A stretch of 64,000 nucleotides of DNA from a virus, in IMG/VR virus record IMGVR_UViG_3300031521_000001. One strand, given 5' to 3'. Position 1 is the first letter of the stretch. Every line of letters begins with the position of its first letter. The notes below the pieces were generated by a model, which saw only the letters and a list, made by a program, of their open reading frames with translations, was not told the origin of the DNA and searched no databases. The translations under genes were made by a program, and so were the position numbers. Shown piece after piece: positions 47,059 through 57,729 of the stretch.

Positions 47059-47668
47059 TGTAATCTATATCTTTGAATTTTTTTTCTACTTTTTTCCTGA
47101 TTATTGTTCTTCCTTTTTTAATCTGAGATTTTATTGTAGATAGATTTATGTTCAATTCATCTGAAATTTCTTTATATTGCATTCCTTCAATTTCTCTCAT
47201 TATAAGAACTTTCTTATATTTAGAATCTTTTTCCGGTAAATTGTATATTGCATCTTTTATAATAGTTGCTTTTTTTACAAAAATATTATATTCCTCAGTT
47301 GGTTTTTTACTGTCATCATATGCTATGATATTAGATAAGCTAAAATTTATTGCTAAATCTTTATCAATTGAATCTGTCGGTAATCTTTCACTATCTTTGT
47401 GTACTTTTTTGACTATATTTTCTGCTATTTTATATATCCAAGTATTTAATTGTGCACCACCTTCATCTGGCCTTTTGTAAGTTTCTATATTCAACAATGC
47501 TTGAATGAATGCATCTTCTACATGATCTTCTGCGATACCAGAGTCTTTAGTATATTTTGCGATATACCATATTAATTTAGGTTTGTGATTTTTATAAAAT
47601 TCTTGAAAATTTATACCTGTGCGAGTTTCGAACTGTGCTTCGAGTTCATTATTTTTAGTTGATATCAT
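47042..47668 (-). CDS. ECF-type RNA polymerase sigma-70 factor
   Basis: AEDHVEDAFIQA, LNTWIYKIAEN, region 4 EGMQYKEISDELNINLSTIKSQIKKGR. Confidence 0.9.
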   Translation of the reverse strand: MISTKNNELEAQFETRTGINFQEFYKNHKPKLIWYIAKYTKDSGIAEDHVEDAFIQALLNIETYKRPDEGGAQLNTWIYKIAENIVKKVHKDSERLPTDSIDKDLAINFSLSNIIAYDDSKKPTEEYNIFVKKATIIKDAIYNLPEKDSKYKKVLIMREIEGMQYKEISDELNINLSTIKSQIKKGRTIIRKKVEKKFKDIDYNEGEK

Positions 47669-48092
47669 AAAGTTTATGTTTGATTTATTGTATTAAAAAT
47701 GTATTCATTTGTTTTAAAAAATACATTTATTTAACTATTTTTTTGATAATATATAATTCTATCATACAGACTAACATAAGTCTTACTATATTAAATAGTT
47801 ATGATTGAGTTGAGAAATTAATTCATTTATGACACATATTAATTTATGTGCTGATAATTTTAATTTGTTCAACATTAGAATATTATATAATTTATACTGT
47901 ACTGATAATTTTTTATAATCAGATTTTAAATATTATAATTTATTTAGTCTTATTTTTTTAGTTTTGTATGATTTGTTTAATTGTTAATATTAATTTAGTT
48001 AATTATCTCATTTCTTATATTAATAACTACTATGAATTTCATCTTTTTTTAATGTGTTATTTTTCAGCTCACGTTTCATAGTCAAATTATAT

Positions 48093-48614
48093 CTAAGATT
48101 CTGTTATGCTTATTATGTTATTTAATTTGTTTTTTCTTATTGTTTTTATATTTTCTTCAAACTTAAATTCGTAAATAGGTATGTGCTTATCAGTAAAATG
48201 TTCATATTCAACATCAACATACACAATATCTTCCGATTTTACTATTTTACCTTTTTTCCTATGTGATAATAATACAACAACATCACCAACATTAGGCTTG
48301 TATAATATTCTATTTTTTTCAAAGAAATTAAAAGGATTGAAATAATTTATGAATTTAATAAATTCATCATCCGTTACTTTTATGCATTTTTTATATTCAA
48401 AATTGCTTATGCTATTTCCTTTTAATATTTTTTTAAAAAATACCCCTAAAATATCATATATATTAATTACCATATCACCTGTAAATATTGGTATGTTATA
48501 TTTATCATAACCAACTAAATAAGATTCTGACTCAGTTGATGTATATTTCATATTTCTATCTGTGTATGTTTTCATTCTTATTTTATTTATTGAACTTGTT
48601 GTTATACAAGCCAT
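48093..48614 (-). CDS. YopX-like protein with C-terminal RKxKL tag
   Basis: DKYNIPIFTGDMV resembles YopX DKNGxEIYEGDIV; ends IRKNKLNNI. Confidence 0.55.
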   Translation of the reverse strand: MACITTSSINKIRMKTYTDRNMKYTSTESESYLVGYDKYNIPIFTGDMVINIYDILGVFFKKILKGNSISNFEYKKCIKVTDDEFIKFINYFNPFNFFEKNRILYKPNVGDVVVLLSHRKKGKIVKSEDIVYVDVEYEHFTDKHIPIYEFKFEENIKTIRKNKLNNIISITES

Positions 48615-48815
48615 ATGTTTTTTATTGTTTGTTTATATAAAGGTAGTAAAAAAATTGAATAAAACAAATTTTATCATCATTTATTTTGCATCTTTTCCTG
48701 CTATTTTTCAATTAATCTATTTAATATATATTGTAAGTGAAAAAGTAAAATATCACCAATTAGTATTTTTTTTTATAAAAATATTTAATATATACATAAA
48801 AATAATTTTTAAATT

Positions 48816-51800
48816 ATGCCAATAAAAGACGCAGATTTCGGAAAATACAAAAGACCAGGTATTTTCTTTCAGGAAATAGATCAAAGTATTGTTCAACTTC
48901 CAGTGCAAAATGTTTTAATTAATTTAGTTCCTGGATTTTCAAAAAAAGGTCCATTTAATACTCCTATTTATGTTACAAATCCATCTGATTTTAGTACAAT
49001 ATTTGGAGATGATGATAGAAGATTAGAAAATAAAGGTTCTTTTTTTCACAAAACAGTTAAACAAATGCTTAAAAGTGGTCCAGTTTGGGCTTTGAACCTT
49101 TTAGCAACAGATCCAAATAGAGATAAAGTGGATTTGCAATCTATAGGTGTTTCAGCAAGCATCAATTCTCAAAATGGTGCAGTTGTTAGATCTGCATATG
49201 AGTCATTTTATAATAGACAAGATTTCTGGGAAAGAGATACAGATTCTTTTTTGAATGTAGTAAAAGCAAATAATTTTGGTGTTCAAGATACTGATAGATT
49301 GTTTCACATCACAAATATGAGTGATACTGTAATAACAGTATTTATGTTTAAATCATCTGTTTCTGGCTTTGACGTTACTGCTGAAGCATGGTATGGTGAT
49401 AGAACAAAGGTGCCAGCTTATCTCGATTATAGAGATTGGATATCAGATTACTTGGTGTCTGTTGTTGTTGTTGCAGGTGATTGGTCAGATTACAAAACAT
49501 TGTCTAATGATACCACATTTAGCAAATATTTTAATAGAAATGGTTTAATTAAAACTAAAATTTCATCATTCCTTAATGAAGGTACTGTATCTATTCTTGC
49601 TAGTTATGATTGCTCATTAATTCCATATTTTAAAGATTTGAACAATAGAGATATGTATATTAAAAATATTATAAATAATGACACAGATAAAACTGGATTG
49701 TTCTGTGCATATAACGAAGATGTTCTACTAGAGGCTGATTTTAGAGTGAGTAGTCTTGATATTATAGGTGGTACAATTGTCAATGAAGATGTGAATAATG
49801 TTAATTTTATGTCATATAATACAACTCTAAATGAACAAATAAAATATTCTCAAAAATATTTAGATTCTACTAATAATGTTATTACTAATAATTTAGATAG
49901 TTATAATACAGATTTTATTTCAGACGGAGTTGATGTTAGATCAGGCGCTTATGTAAATGGTAATATATTTGGTGTTACATGTAATACAACATCAATAACA
50001 GGAACAACAGGAGGAACATTATCTACTAGTTTTACATTCAGTCCTAATGCATATTATGTAATAGGCGGCTCAATGATAACAGGAGGAACTTTTGTAGTTA
50101 ATCATTCATCTAATGTACCATATCAATATGGTTCTAGATATGATGTTCTTTATCTTACTAATGATAATACCATTAATGTATTAGAAGGAGTTGCATCACC
50201 TTCAGTGACTGGTGCAATTTTACCTGATTATTTATTTAGCTTAACAAATACTATAATTGTTGGATATGTAAGAATAGTAAATTCTGGTTCAACAGCAACA
50301 TTAACATATAATCCAATATCTATTGATTCTAGTGGATATATTGCAGTTGGAACTGTATCAGGTTATAAAACTGTTATAAGTGACGGTTTCGATACTCAAG
50401 CTTATATGAATATAGAATTTGAAGGTACATCTGGGCAAACAGGAATTTATAATAATTATAATTATATTAGAGAATCACAAGCATTTTATGAAATTTATGA
50501 AAATGTTAATACAAAAAGTGTTTTAATTCAACAAAACGTTGGCGATTTTATTGCTGGATTTAAAGACTCAGTATCATCAGTTTCTGCTACAGAAGCAACA
50601 TCAAATCACAATGCAAATATTAAAATATATATTAATAGTAATGAACCTAGTAAATGTCATGATGGTAATGTATTCTTAATGTATTATACTGATGATGAAT
50701 TTTTGTTACATGATAAAATTGTTGATACAACAACATTAATAACAAGATATGATGTTCTTGGTACATCAGGACAAACAGGAATTGTGTCACAATATTCTAA
50801 AATGTATTTGGATTATTATAATGGTGTTATTAATAATTATGATTATTTTTATGTTAATAATAATAGCGGATCAACCAAAATATACTTAGAAATGTTTATT
50901 GATCAAAATAATATATTAACAGTTAATTTCTTATCATCAATTAATCCATCTACATCATATTCTGTTTCCAATGCAAACTGGGTAAATGTTAATGAATATA
51001 ATAATAGTTTAAATATATTTTCTAATAGAAGTAATTGGAAACAATCTGTTGAAATTTTAAAAACTGATGTTGATGATCTTACAATTTGCCAACAAATTTA
51101 TATTGACAAAAATAGATATTCTGAAATAACAATAGGTAGTTTCTTAACAGCATATTATGATGAATCATATTGGGCAGCACCTAATGGTGAAGGCTATTTA
51201 GAAGGATCTGTTCCTAGAAAATTGACCAGAATTATTAATGTTAAAAATGATCCAACAAATGTTGATAGAAAAATAATTTATACTGATGCACCTATTAAAA
51301 TTGATACATTTAATTTAAGTGGACAAACACAATCTTTACAAACATTTAGTTATTCTGAAATTGATGTGTATGTTGATGAGTATAAAGCTTTAGTTTTATC
51401 TTCATTTAAAGTACATGCAGATTCTATTCCTAATGGTACTGATGCAAGACAAAATTCAATACTTGATATTGTAGATATGAATACTAATCTTGGAAAAGCA
51501 TTAGCAGATAAGAATAAAATTTCATGGAGATACCTTGTTGATTCATTTGGATTAGGACTTACTCCAGTTAATGGACTTGGTTCAAAACAACAACTTGTTG
51601 ACCTTTGTGGATTGAAACTTAACTGTTTAGGTTTTATTAGTATGCCAAGTGCTAAAATATTTAGAGAATCAAATAATCCATCATTTGTGAATGCTGATTA
51701 TACACTAAATTTAGAATTTGTGAAGGCAGGAGCTGATGATAGTAAAAATCCAGATTATTATTATCAATTTGCTCAACCAAATCAAGGAATTGACGGTAGA

Positions 51801-52445
51801 AGTTGTGTTGGATATTTCTTTCCATATATTAGAATATATGATAATGGTATACCAAAATGGGTCCCACCAGCAGCTTATGCAGCTACAACTTATATGCAGA
51901 AATTTACATCTAATGTTGCAGGTATGACTCCTTGGACAATATGTGCAGGAATAACAAATGGTAGAGTTCAAACCATCACTAAAACTGAAATGGACTTTAA
52001 TAATACAGATCTTGAATCTTTACATGGAATGAATGCAAATCCAATTGTTTATAAATTGAATAACGGATATTGTATCAATGATGAAACATCAGCACAAGTA
52101 TTTCCATATTCATCTCTTAGCTTCTTACATTCAAGAGAAGTTCTTATCGAACTTGAAAATAGAATGTATGATATGTTATTAGGATATCAATGGCAATTTA
52201 ATACTGCAGAAATTAGAGCAGAAATTAAATATAGAGCTGATAAAATTTGTAAAGATATGCTAGATAATGATGCATTGTATGATTTCTGGAATGTTTGTGA
52301 TGAAAGTAATAATAATGATTATGTTATTGATTTACAGATGGGTGTAATTGACACATATGTAGAATTGATAAAAGGAATGGGAATTATTGTTAATAATATT
52401 ACAATAATGAAGAAAGGTGATATAAAATCAATGGGATTTCATTAA
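48816..52445 (+). CDS. Contractile tail sheath protein
   Basis: KRPGIFFQEID, GFSKKGPFNTP, VPPAA, NPIV, CDESNN; 1209 aa; TATATA at 48789-48794. Confidence 0.93.
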   Translation: MPIKDADFGKYKRPGIFFQEIDQSIVQLPVQNVLINLVPGFSKKGPFNTPIYVTNPSDFSTIFGDDDRRLENKGSFFHKTVKQMLKSGPVWALNLLATDPNRDKVDLQSIGVSASINSQNGAVVRSAYESFYNRQDFWERDTDSFLNVVKANNFGVQDTDRLFHITNMSDTVITVFMFKSSVSGFDVTAEAWYGDRTKVPAYLDYRDWISDYLVSVVVVAGDWSDYKTLSNDTTFSKYFNRNGLIKTKISSFLNEGTVSILASYDCSLIPYFKDLNNRDMYIKNIINNDTDKTGLFCAYNEDVLLEADFRVSSLDIIGGTIVNEDVNNVNFMSYNTTLNEQIKYSQKYLDSTNNVITNNLDSYNTDFISDGVDVRSGAYVNGNIFGVTCNTTSITGTTGGTLSTSFTFSPNAYYVIGGSMITGGTFVVNHSSNVPYQYGSRYDVLYLTNDNTINVLEGVASPSVTGAILPDYLFSLTNTIIVGYVRIVNSGSTATLTYNPISIDSSGYIAVGTVSGYKTVISDGFDTQAYMNIEFEGTSGQTGIYNNYNYIRESQAFYEIYENVNTKSVLIQQNVGDFIAGFKDSVSSVSATEATSNHNANIKIYINSNEPSKCHDGNVFLMYYTDDEFLLHDKIVDTTTLITRYDVLGTSGQTGIVSQYSKMYLDYYNGVINNYDYFYVNNNSGSTKIYLEMFIDQNNILTVNFLSSINPSTSYSVSNANWVNVNEYNNSLNIFSNRSNWKQSVEILKTDVDDLTICQQIYIDKNRYSEITIGSFLTAYYDESYWAAPNGEGYLEGSVPRKLTRIINVKNDPTNVDRKIIYTDAPIKIDTFNLSGQTQSLQTFSYSEIDVYVDEYKALVLSSFKVHADSIPNGTDARQNSILDIVDMNTNLGKALADKNKISWRYLVDSFGLGLTPVNGLGSKQQLVDLCGLKLNCLGFISMPSAKIFRESNNPSFVNADYTLNLEFVKAGADDSKNPDYYYQFAQPNQGIDGRSCVGYFFPYIRIYDNGIPKWVPPAAYAATTYMQKFTSNVAGMTPWTICAGITNGRVQTITKTEMDFNNTDLESLHGMNANPIVYKLNNGYCINDETSAQVFPYSSLSFLHSREVLIELENRMYDMLLGYQWQFNTAEIRAEIKYRADKICKDMLDNDALYDFWNVCDESNNNDYVIDLQMGVIDTYVELIKGMGIIVNNITIMKKGDIKSMGFH

Positions 52446-52460
52446 TCAAATATAATAAAT

Positions 52461-52500
52461 AAAAAAAAAGAGAAATAATTTAATTATTTCTCTTTTTTTT
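52461..52500 (+). terminator. Terminator, duplicated at 55545-55573
   Basis: AAAAAGAGAAATAATTTAATTATTTCTCTTTTT. Confidence 0.8.
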
Positions 52501-52556
52501 ATAAACTTTATATTAAAAAATTTATTATTAGAGTAATAAAAACATACGTAGAGTTT

Positions 52557-54344
52557 ATGAACAAAAATGAAAATGTAGAAGCAATAAAAAAAGAAAATGG
52601 TCCTTCTGGAAGAATGTACGCAGAGAAATACGTTAAAAATAATTATCCTGATATTTTTAATGATGTCATAGAATTTTGTAATGATAAATTGATAGATTTA
52701 CCATTTAAAGAAAAAGTTTATCATTATGTTAATGATTTAAAAGAAATTATATATTGCTCAAATGAAAATTGTCATAATATAGTAAAATTTAAAAATTCAA
52801 CATTGGGCTATAGTAAGCGTTGTTCAAATTCTTGTGTGAGTAGTGATCCTGAAATAAAGAAAGTCAAAGAAGAAAAATCATATGCCAAATACGGAACTAA
52901 AGCACCTGGTATGAATAAAGATATTAAAGAAAAAATGATAAAAACCAATCAAGAAAGATATGGTAGTAATAGTCCTTTGCAAAACGATGAAATACAAAAA
53001 AAATCTAAAGACACATTATTTAAAAATTATGGAGTTAATAATCCAAACAAATCTGAAGAAATAAAAAAATTAAGAATTGAGTCTTTCAAAAAAAGTAATT
53101 ATAAAGAAAATTATACAAAAACTATGATGGCTCGTTATGGAGTAAAATATACTTTTCAGAATGAAGAATTTTTCAAAAAATCTAAAGATACATTATTTAA
53201 AAATTATGGAGTTAATAATCCATATGAAAATAAAGATATATTGAATAAATCTGTGAGTAATAGAAAAAATACAATTAAAAATAATAAAATATTGAATCAA
53301 GATAATAATATAATTGATGTTGATTATGACGCAAGAGAATATTTAATGAATTGTGATTCTGGAAAAAAACACACGTTTAAGATTAGTTTTGAATTATTTA
53401 AATCCAGAAAACAATTTGCAAATTACATGTGTACTGAATGTTTTCCAGAGCATTTTAATCAAACTTCAATGAGTGAATTCGAATTACTTAATTTTATAAA
53501 AGAAAATTATGATGATGAAATTATAGTAAATAGTAAGAAAATTATTTCTCCATATGAATTAGATATTTATTTACCAAAAATGAAACTTGCATTTGAATTT
53601 AATGGTATTTATTGGCACAGTGAAGTATATAAAACAAGTGATTATCATTTAAAAAAGACTGAATTATCAGAAAGTAAAGGAATAAAATTAATTCATGTTT
53701 ATGAAGATGATTGGACAAATAAGAATCATATTATTAAATCAAGAATATTAAATTTATTGAATAAAAATGATAGTGTATTATATGCAAGAAAATGCGAAAT
53801 TAAAGAAATTGCTGATAATATTTTATTGAAAGAATTTTTAGATAAAAATCATATACAAGGATTTATTGGCGCACAAATAAAAATAGGATTATTTTTTGAA
53901 AATGTTCTAGTTAGTTTAATGACATTTGGAAATCAAAGAAAAAATATGGGAATAAAAAGTCATGATGGCTCATATGAACTTTTAAGATTTTGCAACAAAT
54001 TAAATACCAGTGTAGTTGGAGGAGCATCTAAATTATTTAAATATTTTTTAAAAACATATGAATATAATGAAATTGTTACATATGCAGATAGAAGTTGGAG
54101 TCAAGGTGATTTGTATTATAAATTAGGTTTTGAATTCGTTCATAAATCTAAATCTAATTATTATTATGTGATAGATGGTATACGTAAAAATAGATTCAAT
54201 TTCAGAAAAGATATTCTTATAAAAGATGGATATGATAAAAACAAAACAGAACATGAAATAATGTTGGAAAGAAAAATATATAGAATATATGATTCTGGAC
54301 AATTGAAATTTATTTGGAAAATAATTAATATCAATAAACATTAA
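52557..54344 (+). CDS. Hef-like homing endonuclease with YGV repeats
   Basis: YG repeats, ELDIY..LAFEFNGIYWH, YEDDW, YARKC, ELLRFC, TYADRSWS, IYDSG. Confidence 0.8.
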   Translation: MNKNENVEAIKKENGPSGRMYAEKYVKNNYPDIFNDVIEFCNDKLIDLPFKEKVYHYVNDLKEIIYCSNENCHNIVKFKNSTLGYSKRCSNSCVSSDPEIKKVKEEKSYAKYGTKAPGMNKDIKEKMIKTNQERYGSNSPLQNDEIQKKSKDTLFKNYGVNNPNKSEEIKKLRIESFKKSNYKENYTKTMMARYGVKYTFQNEEFFKKSKDTLFKNYGVNNPYENKDILNKSVSNRKNTIKNNKILNQDNNIIDVDYDAREYLMNCDSGKKHTFKISFELFKSRKQFANYMCTECFPEHFNQTSMSEFELLNFIKENYDDEIIVNSKKIISPYELDIYLPKMKLAFEFNGIYWHSEVYKTSDYHLKKTELSESKGIKLIHVYEDDWTNKNHIIKSRILNLLNKNDSVLYARKCEIKEIADNILLKEFLDKNHIQGFIGAQIKIGLFFENVLVSLMTFGNQRKNMGIKSHDGSYELLRFCNKLNTSVVGGASKLFKYFLKTYEYNEIVTYADRSWSQGDLYYKLGFEFVHKSKSNYYYVIDGIRKNRFNFRKDILIKDGYDKNKTEHEIMLERKIYRIYDSGQLKFIWKIININKH

Positions 54345-54393
54345 TTAAATATAAACATTAATTAAAAAAATTTAGAATATAGAAAAATAGTAG

Positions 54394-54401
54394 TATCTTT
54401 G
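54394..54401 (+). promoter_or_regulatory. Bacteroidota -7 element TATCTTTG followed by TATATA (54422-54427)
   Basis: Tandem host-type and late-type motifs. Confidence 0.55.
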
Positions 54402-54448
54402 TATATTCAAAAAAAAATTAATATATACAACAAAAACAAATAAAGATT

Positions 54449-54790
54449 ATGAAAAAAATTAAAACATTTGAAGAACAACAGAATTATTTAGGTGTAGAAG
54501 ATTATCGAAAAGAAATTGTAAAAAGTGATGGTATTAAAAAATCTATTTTTTTTAATGTTATTAAAAGTGGTAAGATTTCTGGTTTGACAGATGAAGAAAT
54601 AGAAGAATTTAAAAAATTTATTTTATCTTTAGAAAAACATGATGCTATTATGATTTTATTAAAATTTATTGATAATAATATTAAAAATAATAGTATTGGA
54701 TCTAATAATAAGATGAGCTTATTTTTATCAGATGATAGATTTTGTGAATTATATAATTATGCAATTGAAAGTTTTAATAAGTATAACTAA
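54449..54790 (+). CDS. Leader-family protein
   Basis: MKKIKTFEE ... FNKYN. Confidence 0.7.
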   Translation: MKKIKTFEEQQNYLGVEDYRKEIVKSDGIKKSIFFNVIKSGKISGLTDEEIEEFKKFILSLEKHDAIMILLKFIDNNIKNNSIGSNNKMSLFLSDDRFCELYNYAIESFNKYN

Positions 54791-54806
54791 TTTAAAAATC
54801 AAAAAT

Positions 54807-55520
54807 ATGAAAGTAACAACAGAAGATTGCATCAAATTAATAGTTGAACATTTAATTGAGAAAGAACACAACTTCACCAATGCTAAAGATTGGAAAAGGA
54901 TTTCTAAATCAGGCACAGGTGATAATATCATCCGTAAGTTTCAAAACAAAGTTTCAAATAGAGAAATCTATGTCAGAGCAAGTGAATCTGAAATATTTGA
55001 AGTTAGTGATAAAGAGTTTGGAATGGTAACTAACTTTAAAAAATTCTCATCGTTAACTTCAGATTTGGAAAAAGATTTTCCATATAAAGAAGTTTTTGAT
55101 TATGCTACTGTGTATTTAAAAGAAAAACCATCATATGGTGATTTATCTGGTAGTATTGATGATGATGAAATGAAAGAAGATGAATATAAAAAATTTGAAA
55201 TTGAAAAAGGAACAAGAATAGGGTTTGGTGAACAAGATGGAACTGACAATCAAGGTGAATATAATGATGATTTTGTAATTAAAGGTGTCATAGATTTCAC
55301 AAAAAAAGGATATTATTATAATTATGAAGAAAGATTTATATGTGATGGTATTATTACTTTTGAAGTTGAGAAAGGTAACGGTTATGTACCATCTCAAGAA
55401 CCTGTTGATTTAATTGAAACTGATTATGATAATGGAGGTGGTGAAAAAATAAATAATAAATCTAAAATTAAAAAACTGGTTGGTTTGTATAAATTAAATG
55501 TTCTTTTGATTGGTGTATAA
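54807..55520 (+). CDS. Acidic hypothetical protein (likely start 54807)
   Basis: MKVTTED after an A-rich leader; internal MVTNFKKF. Confidence 0.7.
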   Translation: MKVTTEDCIKLIVEHLIEKEHNFTNAKDWKRISKSGTGDNIIRKFQNKVSNREIYVRASESEIFEVSDKEFGMVTNFKKFSSLTSDLEKDFPYKEVFDYATVYLKEKPSYGDLSGSIDDDEMKEDEYKKFEIEKGTRIGFGEQDGTDNQGEYNDDFVIKGVIDFTKKGYYYNYEERFICDGIITFEVEKGNGYVPSQEPVDLIETDYDNGGGEKINNKSKIKKLVGLYKLNVLLIGV

Positions 55521-55544
55521 ATAATTAAAAACAAATAAATAAAC

Positions 55545-55581
55545 AAAAAGAGAAATAATTTAATTATTTCTCTCTTTTTTT
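55545..55581. terminator. Bidirectional terminator, copy of 52465-52493
   Basis: AAAAAGAGAAATAATTTAATTATTTCTCTCTTTTT. Confidence 0.8.
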
Positions 55582-55981
55582 ATACATTGTATTTTTTTGT
55601 GTGTTTTTCTAATTCTAATTTTTCCTCCAATTCTCCTTTTTTATGATTGTATAAAGTGAAAGTTTGAGTTTTATTTATCTTTCTATTTGTTAAACCATAC
55701 CATATATTATTCATATTAACTAATATATCGTATTCATAAACTGAAGAATATTCATCAACTAATTTAATGTCTTTACATCTTCCAGTTATATTTTTTGCTG
55801 TATATATATAATTATCATCTTCATCATAAATTCGATAACATTGAAATGTTATTATATTATTTAATATCATTTCTTTAAGTAAATCAAAAAAATCAATATC
55901 ATATGTTAGACAATCATCCATCAATTCTTTAATTGATATCTCTGTATTTTTTAAGTCTTCAAAAGTTTTTATGTATCTCAT
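55580..55981 (-). CDS. Leader/KYNV-family protein
   Basis: MRYIKTFED ... TKKYNV. Confidence 0.8.
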   Translation of the reverse strand: MRYIKTFEDLKNTEISIKELMDDCLTYDIDFFDLLKEMILNNIITFQCYRIYDEDDNYIYTAKNITGRCKDIKLVDEYSSVYEYDILVNMNNIWYGLTNRKINKTQTFTLYNHKKGELEEKLELEKHTKKYNV

Positions 55982-56026
55982 AACAATATATATAAAAATA
56001 AAATTATTAAATTAATATATAATGAT

Positions 56027-56386
56027 ATGAAACATTTGAAAATATACGAAGACTATGAAGAATCAGATATTAAAATCGGAAATTATGTTGTACTTAATAT
56101 AAAAAAAGAAGATATTATTTGGTACGGTCAGAGTAATGACAAAAAGAAAAAGATAGTAGAATTTACCAATAATACAATAGGAGAGATTGTTAATATAAAA
56201 GAAGGCTATTATGAAAAGGAGATAACAGTTAAATATAATGACATACCATTTGATATAGATTTCTATTTTGGTAAAGAGAAATCTATTGTTGTAAATTCAA
56301 AAGAAATTTTTGATGTTTCTGATGAAAAACAAGAATTAATAGATAGATATAATTTAAGACAAAATGCAAACAAATTTAATGTGTAA
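56027..56386 (+). CDS. Leader/KFNV-family protein
   Basis: MKHLKIYED, IKIGNYVV, NNTIGEIV, ANKFNV. Confidence 0.8.
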   Translation: MKHLKIYEDYEESDIKIGNYVVLNIKKEDIIWYGQSNDKKKKIVEFTNNTIGEIVNIKEGYYEKEITVKYNDIPFDIDFYFGKEKSIVVNSKEIFDVSDEKQELIDRYNLRQNANKFNV

Positions 56387-56388
56387 AT

Positions 56389-56919
56389 ATGAAGTTGAAA
56401 AGATTTAATGAAAGTATAGAAGATGATGATAATACCTACTTAGATATACTATATGATAAGATTAAAAATGATAAAAAAACCATTAATGATTTCGAATTTT
56501 ACGTGGATAGTAGTTCAGGCTCTTTTGTATGGAGTTCTAATGATTTTGTGATATATGCCACTCCATATTGGGAAGATGGACAATTTCTTCCTATAAATGT
56601 AATTAACTTTGATGGAGATGAAATATACGATAAACAAATAAAAATGAAAATTCTTAATTCTCAAAAATCTATTGATGATACCATAAAATACTATTACGAA
56701 ATAATAGATTCATTGACTTTAGATTTAAATAAAATTTCAGAATTGATAAAAGTATCAGAAATTATATTAAATAAATTACCAAATATAACTGTTGGTGATC
56801 TTACTGTGTCATCAGTTGATAATATAAAAACACTTTCAATTAACAAATCACTTGAAATATATGATTTCTTAATTGATAAATATCCTGAACTATTTATAAT
56901 ATCAAAATATAATGTATAA
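56389..56919 (+). CDS. Leader/KYNV-family protein
   Basis: MKLKRFNES ... ISKYNV. Confidence 0.78.
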   Translation: MKLKRFNESIEDDDNTYLDILYDKIKNDKKTINDFEFYVDSSSGSFVWSSNDFVIYATPYWEDGQFLPINVINFDGDEIYDKQIKMKILNSQKSIDDTIKYYYEIIDSLTLDLNKISELIKVSEIILNKLPNITVGDLTVSSVDNIKTLSINKSLEIYDFLIDKYPELFIISKYNV

Positions 56920-57096
56920 ACCTATTATATATAAATATTTTTTTTTGATTTTTTTATTTGTATACTAAAAAATCAATATATAAGCAACTATTTAGGTAAT
57001 TAAAAATATTTGTTTATTTTTTTGATTACAGTGTGTTAAATTTAATATATAGAACTGAATTATATATTTAATTTATAAAAAATAATCTAATAAAAA

Positions 57097-57660
57097 ATGG
57101 GATTAGCACACTTTACAACAGTGGATACGGCAAGAGAAAAATGGGAGCCTATTCACAAAAATTTATATGAAGTAACAATTATTTTACCAACTGTTCTTCA
57201 GTCACTACATCCAAATGCAACTCACCTTCTTTTGGAAAATACTAAATCAGCAAAATTCCCAACTTATCCTGATTTGTCAACTGGTGTACAAAGATTCAAA
57301 TACTCTACAAGAGCATTTGTTATGATGCCAGAAAAAACTCACATTGATGATTTATCTATCTCTTTTAATCTTAACCAAAATGACGACTATCAAATCTTTT
57401 GCTTCAAAATTCTAAAAGACTGGTACGATTTAGGTTGGAATAATGAAACTGGCACTCTTCATTATAAGAAAAATCTTGTTGGTGATATTATTATTCATGC
57501 ACACGATAAAGAAGGTAAAGTTATTCGTAGGGTAACATACCATAACGCCATGATGAAAAGTTTCACTGGATTCGAAGAACTAAGCTGGGAAAGCTCAACT
57601 GATATCTTTGATTTGACTGCAAACTTTGTAGCCGACTACTGGGAAGATTTTTACTACTAA
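57097..57660 (+). CDS. Tail tube protein (gp19-like)
   Basis: NLYEVTI, LKDWYD, LHYKK, ELSWESSTDIFDLTANFVADYW; near the sheath gene. Confidence 0.85.
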   Translation: MGLAHFTTVDTAREKWEPIHKNLYEVTIILPTVLQSLHPNATHLLLENTKSAKFPTYPDLSTGVQRFKYSTRAFVMMPEKTHIDDLSISFNLNQNDDYQIFCFKILKDWYDLGWNNETGTLHYKKNLVGDIIIHAHDKEGKVIRRVTYHNAMMKSFTGFEELSWESSTDIFDLTANFVADYWEDFYY

Positions 57661-57729
57661 GTCATTAAAAATCAATGACTTACAACTTAAATATAAATAG
57701 TTTAAATTATTGAGAAGAAAAATTGAACA

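Noticed and set aside
48562-48825. 87-aa hydrophobic ORF and similar short antisense ORFs in the track (e.g. 727, 3440, 3893, 22722, 23808, 31501, 62505)
   Set aside because: They overlap well-supported genes or promoter regions; F/I/L-rich composition is expected from AT-rich non-coding frames.
52995-53223. About 50-bp direct repeat as mobile-element ends
   Set aside because: In-frame duplication of a YGV repeat unit inside the endonuclease gene.
57658-57682. Imperfect palindrome TAAGTCATTAAAAATCAATGACTTA as a recombinase site
   Set aside because: Single copy with no recombinase in the window; equally explained as a weak hairpin after the tube gene.
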